NCBI GenBank assembly: GCA_045579165.1
Contig: JAZNLP010000054.1
Span: 1-41,727, forward strand
Length of the DNA stretch: 41,727 nt
Source of the DNA: Faecousia sp.
GTDB taxonomy: Bacteria > Bacillota > Clostridia > Oscillospirales > Oscillospiraceae
Direction of reading: 5' to 3'
A program made the position numbers and the translations under genes. Shown here in pieces: positions 21,299-31,778 of the stretch (position 1 is the first letter of the stretch; every line of letters starts with the position of its first letter). Under the pieces are notes generated by a model. That model was not told the origin of the DNA. It ran no database searches and saw only the letters and a program-made list of their open reading frames with translations.

Positions 21299-23590
21299 AT
21301 GGCAAGAGTGAGTCACAAGCGGGTGAAGCAGCTTCTCAATGAAAAGCGAAGCAAGATCACAGACAAGCAGTTCTTCACCTCCCGAATCCTGGCAGGCCAC
21401 TATGAGGATGTGGCGGCAGCACAGTCCAAGCGGTATCGGTATGACCGTCGTGTTCATGTCAATATCTATTGGGACCCCAAAGATGGCAACGCTGCCAGCA
21501 CCAATAACACCTCCATTGTGATCAATGCGGGTCACCCCTGGGTAACAAAGACCAGGGGACGCATGGAACGGTATGAGATGGTATCAGGCCTGTTTGCCCA
21601 TGAGCTGGGCCACGTGCTGTATACGGATTTTCTGGCCAAGCAGACCTACATGAACTACCTGTCCAAATACAAGTGGTATCCTGCTCCGCCGGATCTGAAG
21701 ACCTCCCGGGATACGGCCAATGAGCGGGACTTCTGGGAGTATGTCAAACTGGATCCGCAGAATCTGAAGCTTGCGATGCAGATTGCATCCTTCATTGCAA
21801 ATGTCTTGGAGGATGGGTACATTGAGAATCGGATTCTGTCAGAGTTTCCTGGCGTTCTGGGCTACAATCTGTCTGTCATGCGGGATCGTCAGTTCCAGGA
21901 CATGGGTACCGTGACGCAGCTGATTGAACGGGAGGACGATGGCTCCGGTCATATCTTCCAATCGATTTTGCAAATCATGCTCTCCTATGCCCTGTTCGGC
22001 GAGATCAAGTATGATGATACGCCGCTGAGCGATGAACGCATCCAGACGGTGTTTCAGCTGATCCCCCAGCTGGATGAAGCGATTACAACGACATCTGCAA
22101 AGCAACGCTGGAAGATCGTCAGTCTGATAATGATCCGATGCTGGCATCATATCGAGGACTACATCGAACTGTGCAAGAAGCGATACGAGGATGCAGTAGC
22201 CGCTGGCTCTGGCGGCACGACGGGAGAAGTTCTTTCTGGACTGTTGCAGGCTATTTCTGGAGCATCTGCTGAGAGCTCTGGCTCCGGTAAGCCTGTTGCA
22301 GGCTCTGAAGCATGGAAAAGTCCTGCATCCCGTGCCGCTGCCCGTGGGCGCACGCAGGCATTGGCCCGGCAGAACCAGTCTGGGAACGATGAGGAAAAAA
22401 CGGATGAGTCTGGGGCAAGTGCCACCGAAGAGGAAGAATCCCCTGAGGTGCCTGCTCCTACCCAGACTGACTCAGAGGATGGTTCCGCTGCGGATGATGT
22501 AGGCGCCCCGCTGGACAGTGCTGGCGGCACTTCCAGTAAGCAGGAAACCACAGATCATGAAGGAGGCCGGATCCCTGAGCATCAGACTGATTCGGTATCT
22601 GCGCCCGTCGGCGGTTCCACGGAGTACGATGATGAGTACCAGCGGGAAATGAATGAGAATGCTGCTTCTGACATTGAGCGGATGCTGGACCAGATGGCTG
22701 AGAAAGCCGCTACGAAGCAGCTTGAGTCAGAACGCCTGAAGGAACTGAACGAAGCTGCCCAGAGCATTTCCTATGGAGATATCCACAGCGGTGTTGACAT
22801 CCGTGTGCATAGAATCGCCGAGGTGGATGACCAACTCCAGGAACAGTACCATGCGATCAGCACTCCCCTGCTGAATATCTCCAGGCAGCTCCAGCGCAGT
22901 CTGGTGCAGCGGCTGAAGGATCAGCAGCGGGGCGGTAAGCAGACCGGTCTGGTCATGGGCCGCCGTTTGGATGCCCATGCGCTGTGCAGGAACGATGGGA
23001 AGGTATTCTACAAGAATACCCTGCCCAATGAGATTCCGAAGATCTCTGTCGGTTTACTCCTCGACGAGTCTGGCTCCATGAGCTGCAGTGATCGCAGTAC
23101 CTATGCCAGAGCGGCAGCCATTATTCTCTACGATTTTTGCCAGTCCCTGAATATTCCGATCATGGTATATGGCCATTCCACGGGTTGGGGAAGCGAGGTT
23201 GACCTCTACTCCTATGCAGAGTTTGACAGCATCGACCGGGATGATAAGTATCGTCTCATGGATATTGCTGCCAGAAACAGCAATCGGGACGGTGCTGCGC
23301 TGCGCTTTGTTGCGGAACAGCTCTCGAAGCGGACAGAGGAGGTTCGCCTGCTCATTCTGGTATCCGACGGGCAGCCTGCAGCAAGCGGGTACAGCGGCAC
23401 AGCTGCAGAAGAAGATCTCCGTGGTATCAAACAGGAATACAAGCGCAAGGGAATCCTGTTCGTTGCTGCAGCAATCGGAGACGATAGGCAAAATATCGAG
23501 CGGATCTATGGCGATTCCTATCTTGATATCACAGATCTGAACCAGCTCCCTGTGAAACTGACCGCAGTCATCAAACGATTTTTGAAGTAA
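21299..23590 (+). CDS. vWA-domain protein (CobT/NorD-like) with N-terminal HExxH motif
   Basis: AHELGH and N.LEDGYIE; acidic linker; GRRLD; MIDAS LLLDESGSM, NRDG, LILVSDGQP. Confidence 0.85.
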   Translation: MARVSHKRVKQLLNEKRSKITDKQFFTSRILAGHYEDVAAAQSKRYRYDRRVHVNIYWDPKDGNAASTNNTSIVINAGHPWVTKTRGRMERYEMVSGLFAHELGHVLYTDFLAKQTYMNYLSKYKWYPAPPDLKTSRDTANERDFWEYVKLDPQNLKLAMQIASFIANVLEDGYIENRILSEFPGVLGYNLSVMRDRQFQDMGTVTQLIEREDDGSGHIFQSILQIMLSYALFGEIKYDDTPLSDERIQTVFQLIPQLDEAITTTSAKQRWKIVSLIMIRCWHHIEDYIELCKKRYEDAVAAGSGGTTGEVLSGLLQAISGASAESSGSGKPVAGSEAWKSPASRAAARGRTQALARQNQSGNDEEKTDESGASATEEEESPEVPAPTQTDSEDGSAADDVGAPLDSAGGTSSKQETTDHEGGRIPEHQTDSVSAPVGGSTEYDDEYQREMNENAASDIERMLDQMAEKAATKQLESERLKELNEAAQSISYGDIHSGVDIRVHRIAEVDDQLQEQYHAISTPLLNISRQLQRSLVQRLKDQQRGGKQTGLVMGRRLDAHALCRNDGKVFYKNTLPNEIPKISVGLLLDESGSMSCSDRSTYARAAAIILYDFCQSLNIPIMVYGHSTGWGSEVDLYSYAEFDSIDRDDKYRLMDIAARNSNRDGAALRFVAEQLSKRTEEVRLLILVSDGQPAASGYSGTAAEEDLRGIKQEYKRKGILFVAAAIGDDRQNIERIYGDSYLDITDLNQLPVKLTAVIKRFLK

Positions 23591-23600
23591 ATGGTCTTCC

Positions 23601-23629
23601 GGGAGGGCAACCGAAAGGTTGTCCTCCTA
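23601..23629 (+). terminator. Hairpin after the vWA gene
   Basis: GGAGGGCAACC-GAAA-GGTTGTCCTCC. Confidence 0.55.
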
Positions 23630-23673
23630 CATATAGAACAAAAGGATTACCACTTTCCCCGTTGATACAGCAA

Positions 23674-23803
23674 TTGACTATCAAAGCGTCATGTGCTATA
23701 ATTGCCATACTACAGTATCCGAGTTTTGCGCGAGCAAACACAGTATCCGAGTTTTCACAAGTGCTATTTGCGTCCTTTTTCGCAAATGGCACTTTTTATT
23801 TTT
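23674..23803 (+). promoter_or_regulatory. Repeated leader cassette copy 3
   Basis: TTGACT 23674, TGcTATAAT (-10 at 23697), repeats at 23712 and 23740, TTTGC-GCGA-GCAAA, terminator AAGTGCTATTTGCG/CGCAAATGGCACTT plus T tract. Confidence 0.9.
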
Positions 23804-23912
23804 GTCATCTTCATTATATCAACACTAGCCAGTAGTCCTCTGTCTCCCGGGGGATTGCTGGCTTTTGTCATTTCTGGCGGTTTCCGCCAAACAAACGAAA
23901 GGAGCAAGCAAT

Positions 23913-25052
23913 ATGTTACCCTGTCAAGACAACTACGCAACCACCTTTGACACCTACCCGTCCATGCTCGATTACCACAAGACATTGAGCAAGGAATCCA
24001 ACTGGCACCGCTGTAAGGTTAAAGACCTTCATGTGGAGCCTCTGGATGCGTCCTCTGTGCTGTGCGGCAATCCCGCTGCGTTTGCAGCCGGCATCAGTGC
24101 GGACGCTGTGGCAGATACTGTCGAAAAACTCGGCCTCGCACTGCGGGTGGACGGGAAAATCTATCCTGTCCGTACCACGGCCTACAAAACGCTGCTTGAT
24201 CGTGCGAAGATCGGCGGCACCTCTCTGCCCAAGCTCAGCCGTAAGGATCTGGCAAGTGTGCTGAACGCATGCCTGGCCGTCCAGACTTCCGATGCTCTCC
24301 TCCTAATCCGGGATGAGAAGGTCTCTGCCGCTCACTCCGGCGATGTGAAGGACTATTCCGTGCTTCCTATGGATGAGCTTCTGCTTGTGCTGGAGAAAAA
24401 GATGGGTGAGCGCTTCCCTGGCTTCCGGTTTGAGGGTGGCTACAGCGACCACTCCTTCACCAGTGGCAACTGGATCTTCCCGGACCAGAAGGAGGAACTG
24501 CTGGGCACTTATGATCAGAGCCTCCGGTATTACGGCAAGACCGCTATGGCCAGCAGATTGGTTCCCGGCATCCGCTTCCTGACTTCCGATACGGGGTTGG
24601 CATCGGCAAAAGTTTCCGCCATGCTGATGGGCACGCAGCATCCGATTCACATCGGCAGCTGTATCGCAGTGGATCACCGGCATCAGAAGAAGGTATCCGA
24701 CTTCGGTGATGCGCTGGATCAGCTGTTTGCCCAGTTCTGCGATTCCGTCGCAAAGCTTCAGAGTCTGCTGTCGGTTGAGCTGGAGTATCCCGGAAATGCC
24801 ATGACCAGAATCTGCAAGAAGTTGTCTCTGCCCAAGAAGGAATCTCTGGAAGCCATTGCTATGTATGAGATGGCCTACGGTGGCGGTCCTGCCAGCGCCC
24901 ATGATGTGTTCATGGCCATGCAGGAAATTCCCTACCTGATGAAGGTCCACCATACCCCGGAAGCGAAGATGCTCGTCGTGGAGGAAAACATGGCCCGCGC
25001 CCTGTCCCTGAAGTGGAGCGACTTCGATCTGGCGAAGGCGGTGAGTTGGTAA
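23913..25052 (+). CDS. DUF932-like mobile-element protein
   Basis: AAAGGAG RBS; LLIRD..VSA.HS...YSVL and GIRFLTSDTG.AS...I.V.H patterns; position before yqaJ. Confidence 0.55.
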   Translation: MLPCQDNYATTFDTYPSMLDYHKTLSKESNWHRCKVKDLHVEPLDASSVLCGNPAAFAAGISADAVADTVEKLGLALRVDGKIYPVRTTAYKTLLDRAKIGGTSLPKLSRKDLASVLNACLAVQTSDALLLIRDEKVSAAHSGDVKDYSVLPMDELLLVLEKKMGERFPGFRFEGGYSDHSFTSGNWIFPDQKEELLGTYDQSLRYYGKTAMASRLVPGIRFLTSDTGLASAKVSAMLMGTQHPIHIGSCIAVDHRHQKKVSDFGDALDQLFAQFCDSVAKLQSLLSVELEYPGNAMTRICKKLSLPKKESLEAIAMYEMAYGGGPASAHDVFMAMQEIPYLMKVHHTPEAKMLVVEENMARALSLKWSDFDLAKAVSW

Positions 25053-26089
25053 TGGCAGCACCGATCATGCTCTGCGATACCGCAGGGATGAGCAACGACC
25101 GCTGGCTTGAGTGCAGAATGCACGGGCCGAAGGGTGATATCCCCTATACCATAGGTGGAAGTGATGTGGCAGCCATTTTTGGTGTCTCGCCCTGGACTAC
25201 GCCTCTGGAGCTGTGGATGATCAAAAAAGGCCGCATGAAGCCGAAGCCCAAGGATAATGCCGATCAGCTGGAAATGGGTCACCTACTTGAGCCGATCGCA
25301 GCCCACTGGTATGCGAAGAAAAGCGGTAACTTTGTCTACGAGGATACCGGGCTTTACCAGCATGCAGACCATCCTTATGCTCTGGCCAATTTCGACCGGA
25401 GGTATGAGCGTGGCAGCGATGGTGAAAGTGGAATCCTCGAGTGTAAGAGCTGCACTTTTCATAAAGCTGACAGCTGGGCGGATGGTTCCATTCCTCTTTA
25501 TTACGAGATGCAGCTCCGCTTTTATCTGGCTGTGGCAGATGTTCAGCACGGTGCTTTCTCTTGCATCTGGGGAAATAATCCGGAAAACGATCTGGCTATG
25601 CCTGAGATCGAGCGTGACCTGGCGAAGGAAGCGATGATCTTTGAGCGGCTGGACGAGTGGATCTGGAGCCTGGAGCATGATGTTCCGCCCACCATGAGCG
25701 GTGTTGCACCTAAGCTTGCTATGGAGTCTCTTGCAAGAATCTATGGCGATAGCCAATCCGGCCTCCCTACCATTGAGTTTCCTGCCAAGTATGAGCACCC
25801 GCTTAGGCAGATTGCTATGCTGCAGGGGAAAATCAGGGAATGCGATGCCGACAAAAAACATTATGAAAAGGAGATTGAGGCACATTCCGTGCGAATTGCC
25901 GAAATCATGAAGGCCCATGAACATGGTATCCTGACGACTACTACGGATAAGCTCCTCATCGATTTCGTGACAAAGTCTACCAAACGGCCTGATTCCAAGG
26001 CACTGAAGACAAAGTATCCCACCGTGTATGCTGATGTCCTGAATGTGTCGACCAGCCGGAAGGTAAAAGTCTCGGTACAACCGATTTGA
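25052..26089 (+). CDS. YqaJ-like (lambda exonuclease family) nuclease
   Basis: WLECR...IGGSDVAAIFGVSPW.TPLELW, GHLLEP, ANFDR, ILECKS, YEMQLRFYL; TAATG overlap. Confidence 0.9.
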   Translation: MAAPIMLCDTAGMSNDRWLECRMHGPKGDIPYTIGGSDVAAIFGVSPWTTPLELWMIKKGRMKPKPKDNADQLEMGHLLEPIAAHWYAKKSGNFVYEDTGLYQHADHPYALANFDRRYERGSDGESGILECKSCTFHKADSWADGSIPLYYEMQLRFYLAVADVQHGAFSCIWGNNPENDLAMPEIERDLAKEAMIFERLDEWIWSLEHDVPPTMSGVAPKLAMESLARIYGDSQSGLPTIEFPAKYEHPLRQIAMLQGKIRECDADKKHYEKEIEAHSVRIAEIMKAHEHGILTTTTDKLLIDFVTKSTKRPDSKALKTKYPTVYADVLNVSTSRKVKVSVQPI

Positions 26090-26169
26090 ATAAGGAGCAG
26101 GGCAGCTTGACTGGCAACGGTATCGGTCAGGCTGCTCTGCTTTCGACTACACAGGAAAGGAGAAAGTAA

Positions 26170-28338
26170 GTGCTGTGTCAATTTGATAAGCTCCTCTACC
26201 CGAAAACAGCAAATGCGTCCACTGTCGAGTATATGATCGCCGTCTATCGTCCCTGCGAGATTGTTCGAGATTCCGCAGGCGATATGATGAGCCAGATCAA
26301 GGCAGTTGGCTATTGCCTGCCCACTTCCGATAAGCTCCGCTATCGCCTGAAGGGCCATTGGATCAAGCATCCCAAGCACGGTCTGCAGTTCGAGGTAGAG
26401 AGCTACGAGGAGGTCATCGCCCATACCAGGGAAGGAATCATTGGCTATCTCGCCTCCGGGCAAATCAAGGGTGTCGGTCAGCGTATCGCAGAGAAAATCT
26501 ATGATGCGTTTGGTCAGGATACCTTGGAGGTACTTGACCATGAACCTGAGAAACTCATGTCTGTTCGGGGAATCAGTGAGAAGAAGCTCCGAAAAATCAG
26601 AGATTCCTATCTGGCTTCCCGCGGTGCCCGGGATGTGATCGCCTTCCTGGCACCGCATGGTGTGACTGCCCATAGAGCAATCCAGATCTATCGTGAGTAT
26701 GGGAATGAGACATTGGAGATCGTCCGCAAGCATCCCTATCGCTTGGTAGAGCTGGCGGGTATCGCCTTTAAGACAGCAGATAAGCTGGCGATGAGTCTGG
26801 GAATCCCGTCGGTATCCCCGGAACGGGTCGACGAAGCACTGATGTACACCATGTCAGAAGCAGAAGGCCAGGGCCACATGTGTCTGGAAAAGCATGATTT
26901 TCTGAGACGGTGCATCCGTATGTTGGAGACACCGGAAATCACGGAGGATATGGCGGCCGGCAGAGCCTTCAGACTGGTTCAGGAAAACCGGTTGGTGTGC
27001 TATGACCAGTATGTCTACCGTAATGCTGCAGCGACCGTGGAAAATAACATTGCTTTTCACATTACCCAGTTGGTGCAAAGCACGGTGGAACCGTACGGAA
27101 ATCTGGATCTGTCGATCACTGCGGAGGAACGCAAGCTGAAGATCAAGCTGGCACCGGAACAGCGGGAGGCCATAAAAATGGCACTTACCAACAAGTTTTG
27201 TGTGATCACCGGCGGCCCCGGCACGGGAAAAACCGCAGTACAGCGGGCGTTGCTGGATCTGTATCGGGATAAATATCCTGAAGCGGAGATCATCTGCTGT
27301 GCCCCCACGGGTCAGGCAGCTCAGCGCATGAAAGAATCCTCCGGATTGCCATCCTCTACCATTCATAAGGCTTTGTGTATCAAGGCCACGGCAGACGGCT
27401 CCCTGACCGAAGCTGGGACATTGAATGCAGATCTGATTCTCGTAGATGAGGTGTCCATGATGGACGCATATCTGGCGGAGCGCCTGTTTGCTGCAGTTCC
27501 GCCCCATGCTAGACTGGTTCTGGTTGGCGATGCTGACCAGCTCCCCTCTGTGGGTCCTGGTGCAGTCCTGAAGGAGATCATCAGAAGCGGCGTCGTCCCC
27601 GTTGTCCGCTTGGATCATGTTTTTCGTCAGAGTGCAGGCAGCCGCATTGCCACCAATGCACGGCTGATTAAGCATGGAAATCTGAGTATGGAGTATGGGC
27701 CGGACTTTATGTTCTTCGACTCCAATGACCTAGCCGACTCTGCTGAGATGATCGAGGAGCTGTATATGCAGGAGGTTCACAAATACGGAGTGGATGGTGT
27801 TGCATTTCTGACACCGTTCCGTCACAAGACGGACACTTCCGTGGATGCGATGAATGCCCGACTGCAGGCCCTGGTAAATCCTCCGGCTCCCGGCAAAACC
27901 GAGGCTGTTTTCGGACAGCTGCGCTTTCGCCTAGGCGATAAGGTTATGCAGATCAAAAACTACGAGCAGGTCAACAACGGAGATGTGGGCTATATCCGAT
28001 CCATCACTGGCCCGGAAAACGAGGCAACAGTGGTGGTTGATTTCGGAGATGGCCGGATCATGGAGTATGAAAACGAGCAGCTGCGAATGCTGGATCTCGG
28101 TTATGCTTCCACAGTACACAAATCTCAGGGTGCCCAGTACAAATCTGTCATCATGAACCTGCAATGCGCCCATGCGATCATGCTCATTCGTGCCATCGTC
28201 TATACGGCTATCACCCGCGCCAGACTTCGTCTCATCATCGTCGGTGAACGGAAAGCACTGTGCCGTGCGATTCGCAATACCAAGGCGGATCAGCGTGGAA
28301 CCCGTTTGGCGCAAAGAATCCAAGACTTCATTGAGTAG
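26170..28338 (+). CDS. recD2: RecD2-like SF1B DNA helicase
   Basis: HPKHGLQF, IKGVG HhH, GGPGTGKT, APTG.AA, VDEVSM, VGDADQLPSVGPG, YASTVHKSQG, YTAITRAR. Confidence 0.93.
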   Translation: MLCQFDKLLYPKTANASTVEYMIAVYRPCEIVRDSAGDMMSQIKAVGYCLPTSDKLRYRLKGHWIKHPKHGLQFEVESYEEVIAHTREGIIGYLASGQIKGVGQRIAEKIYDAFGQDTLEVLDHEPEKLMSVRGISEKKLRKIRDSYLASRGARDVIAFLAPHGVTAHRAIQIYREYGNETLEIVRKHPYRLVELAGIAFKTADKLAMSLGIPSVSPERVDEALMYTMSEAEGQGHMCLEKHDFLRRCIRMLETPEITEDMAAGRAFRLVQENRLVCYDQYVYRNAAATVENNIAFHITQLVQSTVEPYGNLDLSITAEERKLKIKLAPEQREAIKMALTNKFCVITGGPGTGKTAVQRALLDLYRDKYPEAEIICCAPTGQAAQRMKESSGLPSSTIHKALCIKATADGSLTEAGTLNADLILVDEVSMMDAYLAERLFAAVPPHARLVLVGDADQLPSVGPGAVLKEIIRSGVVPVVRLDHVFRQSAGSRIATNARLIKHGNLSMEYGPDFMFFDSNDLADSAEMIEELYMQEVHKYGVDGVAFLTPFRHKTDTSVDAMNARLQALVNPPAPGKTEAVFGQLRFRLGDKVMQIKNYEQVNNGDVGYIRSITGPENEATVVVDFGDGRIMEYENEQLRMLDLGYASTVHKSQGAQYKSVIMNLQCAHAIMLIRAIVYTAITRARLRLIIVGERKALCRAIRNTKADQRGTRLAQRIQDFIE

Positions 28339-28354
28339 AAAGGAATTTACGATT

Positions 28355-28795
28355 ATGACTACATTGGACCAGTACTACCAGGCCAAGCAGCAGCTCAATG
28401 CCAAAATGGCAGACGGCAGCTTTACAGTGGACAAGCTTCTGGGCTACCAGGAGCTTATGTACCGCATCTCCGTGCTGGAGAGCTGCATGGGCTTTGTCAA
28501 AACGGCACCGGTTTCTGCTGACCTGAACGCCATGTGCTTTCATTATCAGGTCGTGGATGCCCTCTTTATCTGCCTGCTTCAGGAACGGCAGTTTGGTATC
28601 CCGGCGGACGAGAAGCTGAAGAATCAGCGTGAAACCGCTCTGGGCAATCTGGAGACTGTCGTTGGCAGTTTCCGCAAGCAGTTCCAGAGCTTCGCACCGA
28701 CCAGCCCTGAGGCATATCGGGACGCTGTCAGCAGGATGATCAATACGGTCCTGCCTGCGTGGCTTCAGTACCGTTACACCTATATTCCGTTTTGA
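28355..28795 (+). CDS. Hypothetical protein
   Basis: AAAGGA RBS, 146 aa. Confidence 0.7.
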   Translation: MTTLDQYYQAKQQLNAKMADGSFTVDKLLGYQELMYRISVLESCMGFVKTAPVSADLNAMCFHYQVVDALFICLLQERQFGIPADEKLKNQRETALGNLETVVGSFRKQFQSFAPTSPEAYRDAVSRMINTVLPAWLQYRYTYIPF

Positions 28796-28810
28796 TCTGG
28801 AGGTATCATT

Positions 28811-29563
28811 ATGAATCAGGCAAGCAATCCCGGTTCTCAGTATTCTGTCCTGAACACCATCAACAAGGTGGAAGGCTTTGATCCCTCTGCGCTGGCGGTG
28901 GAGTACATCGATCTCACCACCCAGGAGAAGCGGAAGCGTCTTCCTGTTATGGCGCAGCTGGCATGGTTCCGTCTGAAGCATCCGGAGGGCAAAATTGCAA
29001 TCTCTGTTGAAGGTGTGAAGGACTACTTTGTCGCCACCGCAAGAATCTATGTCAGCTACAAGGACCCGGTGGAATGCTATCTGGCAGAAGCCACCGCATC
29101 CCGTAAGTATGATCCTCTGAAACCCACTGTTTCTCCCCGGGAATGGGCGCAGACGGCAGCTGTGGGTATTGCCCTGCGCAATGCCGGCTTCGGCCTCCAG
29201 TTTGGTGCTGCGGGCGATGATATGGAGAATCAGGTTCCCGATGAGTTGGGAACAGGAGTCACTCTTCCTGCAGCACCTCCCGTGGATCAGATTGGCTCCC
29301 AGATCGAGAACGATGCTTCCGTCACTCCTGCGGCCTTGCCCGCACCTGAACCGGTTGTGGAACTGACACCGGAGCAGCAGTTTGAGAAAGCCTGCGCTGT
29401 TGTCAGTCCCATCAAGAAGCATTTCGGTAAGACGCTGGGCGAGGTTCTCAATCAGGATCCCCGTGCCATCAAGTGGCTGGCCAACAGCTACAATGGTGAC
29501 CCGCAGATCAAAGCTGCAGCAGAGTTCATCTGTAACTACTCCCTTGAACAGGCATCTGCATAA
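28811..29563 (+). CDS. Rad52/Sak-like single-strand annealing protein
   Basis: LPV...LAWFR..HPEGKI and EWAQTAAVGIALRNAGFG signature; C-terminal HFGKTLGEV...WL motif. Confidence 0.65.
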   Translation: MNQASNPGSQYSVLNTINKVEGFDPSALAVEYIDLTTQEKRKRLPVMAQLAWFRLKHPEGKIAISVEGVKDYFVATARIYVSYKDPVECYLAEATASRKYDPLKPTVSPREWAQTAAVGIALRNAGFGLQFGAAGDDMENQVPDELGTGVTLPAAPPVDQIGSQIENDASVTPAALPAPEPVVELTPEQQFEKACAVVSPIKKHFGKTLGEVLNQDPRAIKWLANSYNGDPQIKAAAEFICNYSLEQASA

Positions 29564-29614
29564 GCCGCAATTCATCCGGGGGATGCGTAATGCATCCTCC
29601 GGAAAGGAGGTCGC

Positions 29615-30703
29615 ATGGTCGAAATACATATCTCGGATATTATCCCGCTGATCGGCATCCCCGGTCCAACGAACGGCAAAACCGTATACAATATCAGCTG
29701 CCCCTGCTGCGATGATAATCCACGGAAAAAGCATTTGAACATCAATCTGCAAAAAGATGTGTTCTGCTGTCCCCGGTGTCATTTCTCCGGCGGTGTATTT
29801 GATCTGTATGCCTATTATGCCGGCGTGGATCGGCAAAATGTGCGCAGTCTGCTGTTGGAACGACTTGGCCTGAAGGACGGTGGTTCTCAGCATGATGGCA
29901 TCAAAGGGAAGCGGGAGAGGCGCACCATTACCCAGTCCTTTCAGCGTGATATTGAATTACCCCTTACGGACATCGATGCGCGTCATGAGACCTATACGGC
30001 TTTACTTTCCAAGCTTTCTCTGGCGTCGGACCATCATGAGAACCTCCTGTCCAGAGGACTCACAGACGATCAGATTCAGAGGTTTGGCTATAAGACGATG
30101 CCGGTTGTTGGCTATACAGCCATTGCCAAGCAGCTCCAGTCCGAAGGTCACTATCTTGCAGGTGTTCCGGGTTTCTACCATAATAAGGATGGAAGCTGGA
30201 CACTGATCCAGGAAAAACGAGGTATCCTTGTACCGGTAAGAGATCAGAATGGCAAGATCCAGGGGTTACAGGTCAGAAGGGATAATATCAAAAAAGGTAA
30301 GTTTCGATGGATCTCCAGTGTGGGAAAGCAGGATGGCTGCAAGGCAGAATGCTGGACCCATATCGTAGGCCCTCCGGCTCCTACCGTTCTCATCACAGAA
30401 GGCCCGCTCAAAGCGGATATCATCAACCACCTGACGGGCTTGACGGTCATTGCTGTCCCCGGTGTGAACTCCCTGACCCATCTGAAGGAGATGCTGGAAT
30501 ATGTGCAGTCAAAGGGAACCACTCGAATCATGACTGTATTTGACATGGACTACCTGAAGAATCCTCATGTAAAGGATGGGTACTACAATCTGGCGGCGAT
30601 GCTGGCGGAGGTTGGTATTGAATACGGCACCTACCTGTGGGATCCACAATATAAAGGTCTGGACGATTATGTTTGGCATTGTCGTCAGGAAGGCACTCTT
30701 TGA
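29615..30703 (+). CDS. DNA primase-like protein (Zn finger plus DUF3854-type TOPRIM)
   Basis: CPCC...HLNIN...CPRC; ITEGPLKAD, AVPGV, FDMD, KGLDDY. Confidence 0.85.
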   Translation: MVEIHISDIIPLIGIPGPTNGKTVYNISCPCCDDNPRKKHLNINLQKDVFCCPRCHFSGGVFDLYAYYAGVDRQNVRSLLLERLGLKDGGSQHDGIKGKRERRTITQSFQRDIELPLTDIDARHETYTALLSKLSLASDHHENLLSRGLTDDQIQRFGYKTMPVVGYTAIAKQLQSEGHYLAGVPGFYHNKDGSWTLIQEKRGILVPVRDQNGKIQGLQVRRDNIKKGKFRWISSVGKQDGCKAECWTHIVGPPAPTVLITEGPLKADIINHLTGLTVIAVPGVNSLTHLKEMLEYVQSKGTTRIMTVFDMDYLKNPHVKDGYYNLAAMLAEVGIEYGTYLWDPQYKGLDDYVWHCRQEGTL

Positions 30704-30711
30704 CATCTGAC

Positions 30712-30747
30712 AGAAGGACGGGACCCAGTCGGGTTTCGTCCTTTTTG
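30712..30747 (+). terminator. Intrinsic terminator after primase
   Basis: AGAAGGACGGGACC...GGTTTCGTCCTTTTT. Confidence 0.7.
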
Positions 30748-30838
30748 TGCGTTTATCTCATTTTTGTAAGTACAGCTGTTGCAAATGCGTATGTGCAGCG
30801 GTGTAATTAAGTATAGACAATTAAAGGAGGAACCACTC

Positions 30839-31756
30839 ATGTTAATCGCAATTGACCACGGCAACTCTGCCATCAAGACGGTCCATTACAATTTTGTGGC
30901 CGGCCTTTCCCGGCACTCCGTTCGCCCTCCCATGGCCGATGAGGTTCTGGAGTATGACGGGAGTTACTGGACGCTGTCCGGCCAGCGGCAGGCATACCAG
31001 CGGGATAAGACCCGGGACGAGAGCTACTTTATTCTGACCCTGTTCGCCATCGCCAAGGAGATGGTCCACGCAGGTGGACTCTCCAGTACTGCCAAGATCG
31101 ATCTGGCGGTTGGTCTGCCGCCCGAACACTATGGAATCCTGCGGGATAAGTTCCGCCAGTACTTCAAGCGGGAAGAAACCATCCAGTTCATCTACAACGA
31201 GAAGTCTGTCACTATCATGATCCGGGATGTGTTCGTCTATCCTCAGGCGTATGCAGCGATTGCGCCCCGGAAGGGCCAGCTCAATCACCATCTGCGGGTA
31301 TTCCTGATTGACATCGGTGGCTACACCACGGATGTCCTGCTTCTGCGCAGCGGCAAGCCCGATATGCTCTTCTGCCGCAGCTTAGAGAAGGGCGTGATCG
31401 ATATGAACAACAACATCATCCGTCTGATCGGTGTCCGTCACGATATGCTGATTGAGGAGGAGCATATCAATGCTGTCCTCTGCGGCAGAGAAACGATTCT
31501 CCCTGAGGAAGTAAAGAATACGATTCGGCAGTCCGCTGAGCAGTATGCCAAGGGCATCCTGGACAAGCTCCGTGAGCTGCAGGTGGATCTCAGATCCAAT
31601 CCAGCTGTGTTTATCGGCGGCGGCAGCGCACTCTTCCGGCCCTATCTGGAAAAATCTCCCCTCGTTGCCCAGGCAACCTTCGTAGAGAGTCCCAATGCCA
31701 ATGCCATTGGCTATCAGGCGATGGCCGAGGCTCAGCTTTCTATGCGGGCTGGATAA
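30839..31756 (+). CDS. parM: ParM/StbA-family actin-like partition ATPase
   Basis: IAIDHGNSAIK, VGLP, VYPQ, IDIGGYTTD, IGGGS, ANAIGY; AAAGGAGG RBS. Confidence 0.9.
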   Translation: MLIAIDHGNSAIKTVHYNFVAGLSRHSVRPPMADEVLEYDGSYWTLSGQRQAYQRDKTRDESYFILTLFAIAKEMVHAGGLSSTAKIDLAVGLPPEHYGILRDKFRQYFKREETIQFIYNEKSVTIMIRDVFVYPQAYAAIAPRKGQLNHHLRVFLIDIGGYTTDVLLLRSGKPDMLFCRSLEKGVIDMNNNIIRLIGVRHDMLIEEEHINAVLCGRETILPEEVKNTIRQSAEQYAKGILDKLRELQVDLRSNPAVFIGGGSALFRPYLEKSPLVAQATFVESPNANAIGYQAMAEAQLSMRAG

Positions 31757-31778
31757 ATGCGAAATGGGGTGAGCTTCG

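Noticed and set aside
28328-29893. 521-aa minus-strand ORF
   Set aside because: Antisense shadow of three well-supported plus-strand genes; no RBS or motif seen
30748-30830. parC centromere repeats upstream of parM
   Set aside because: No convincing iterated repeat seen by eye
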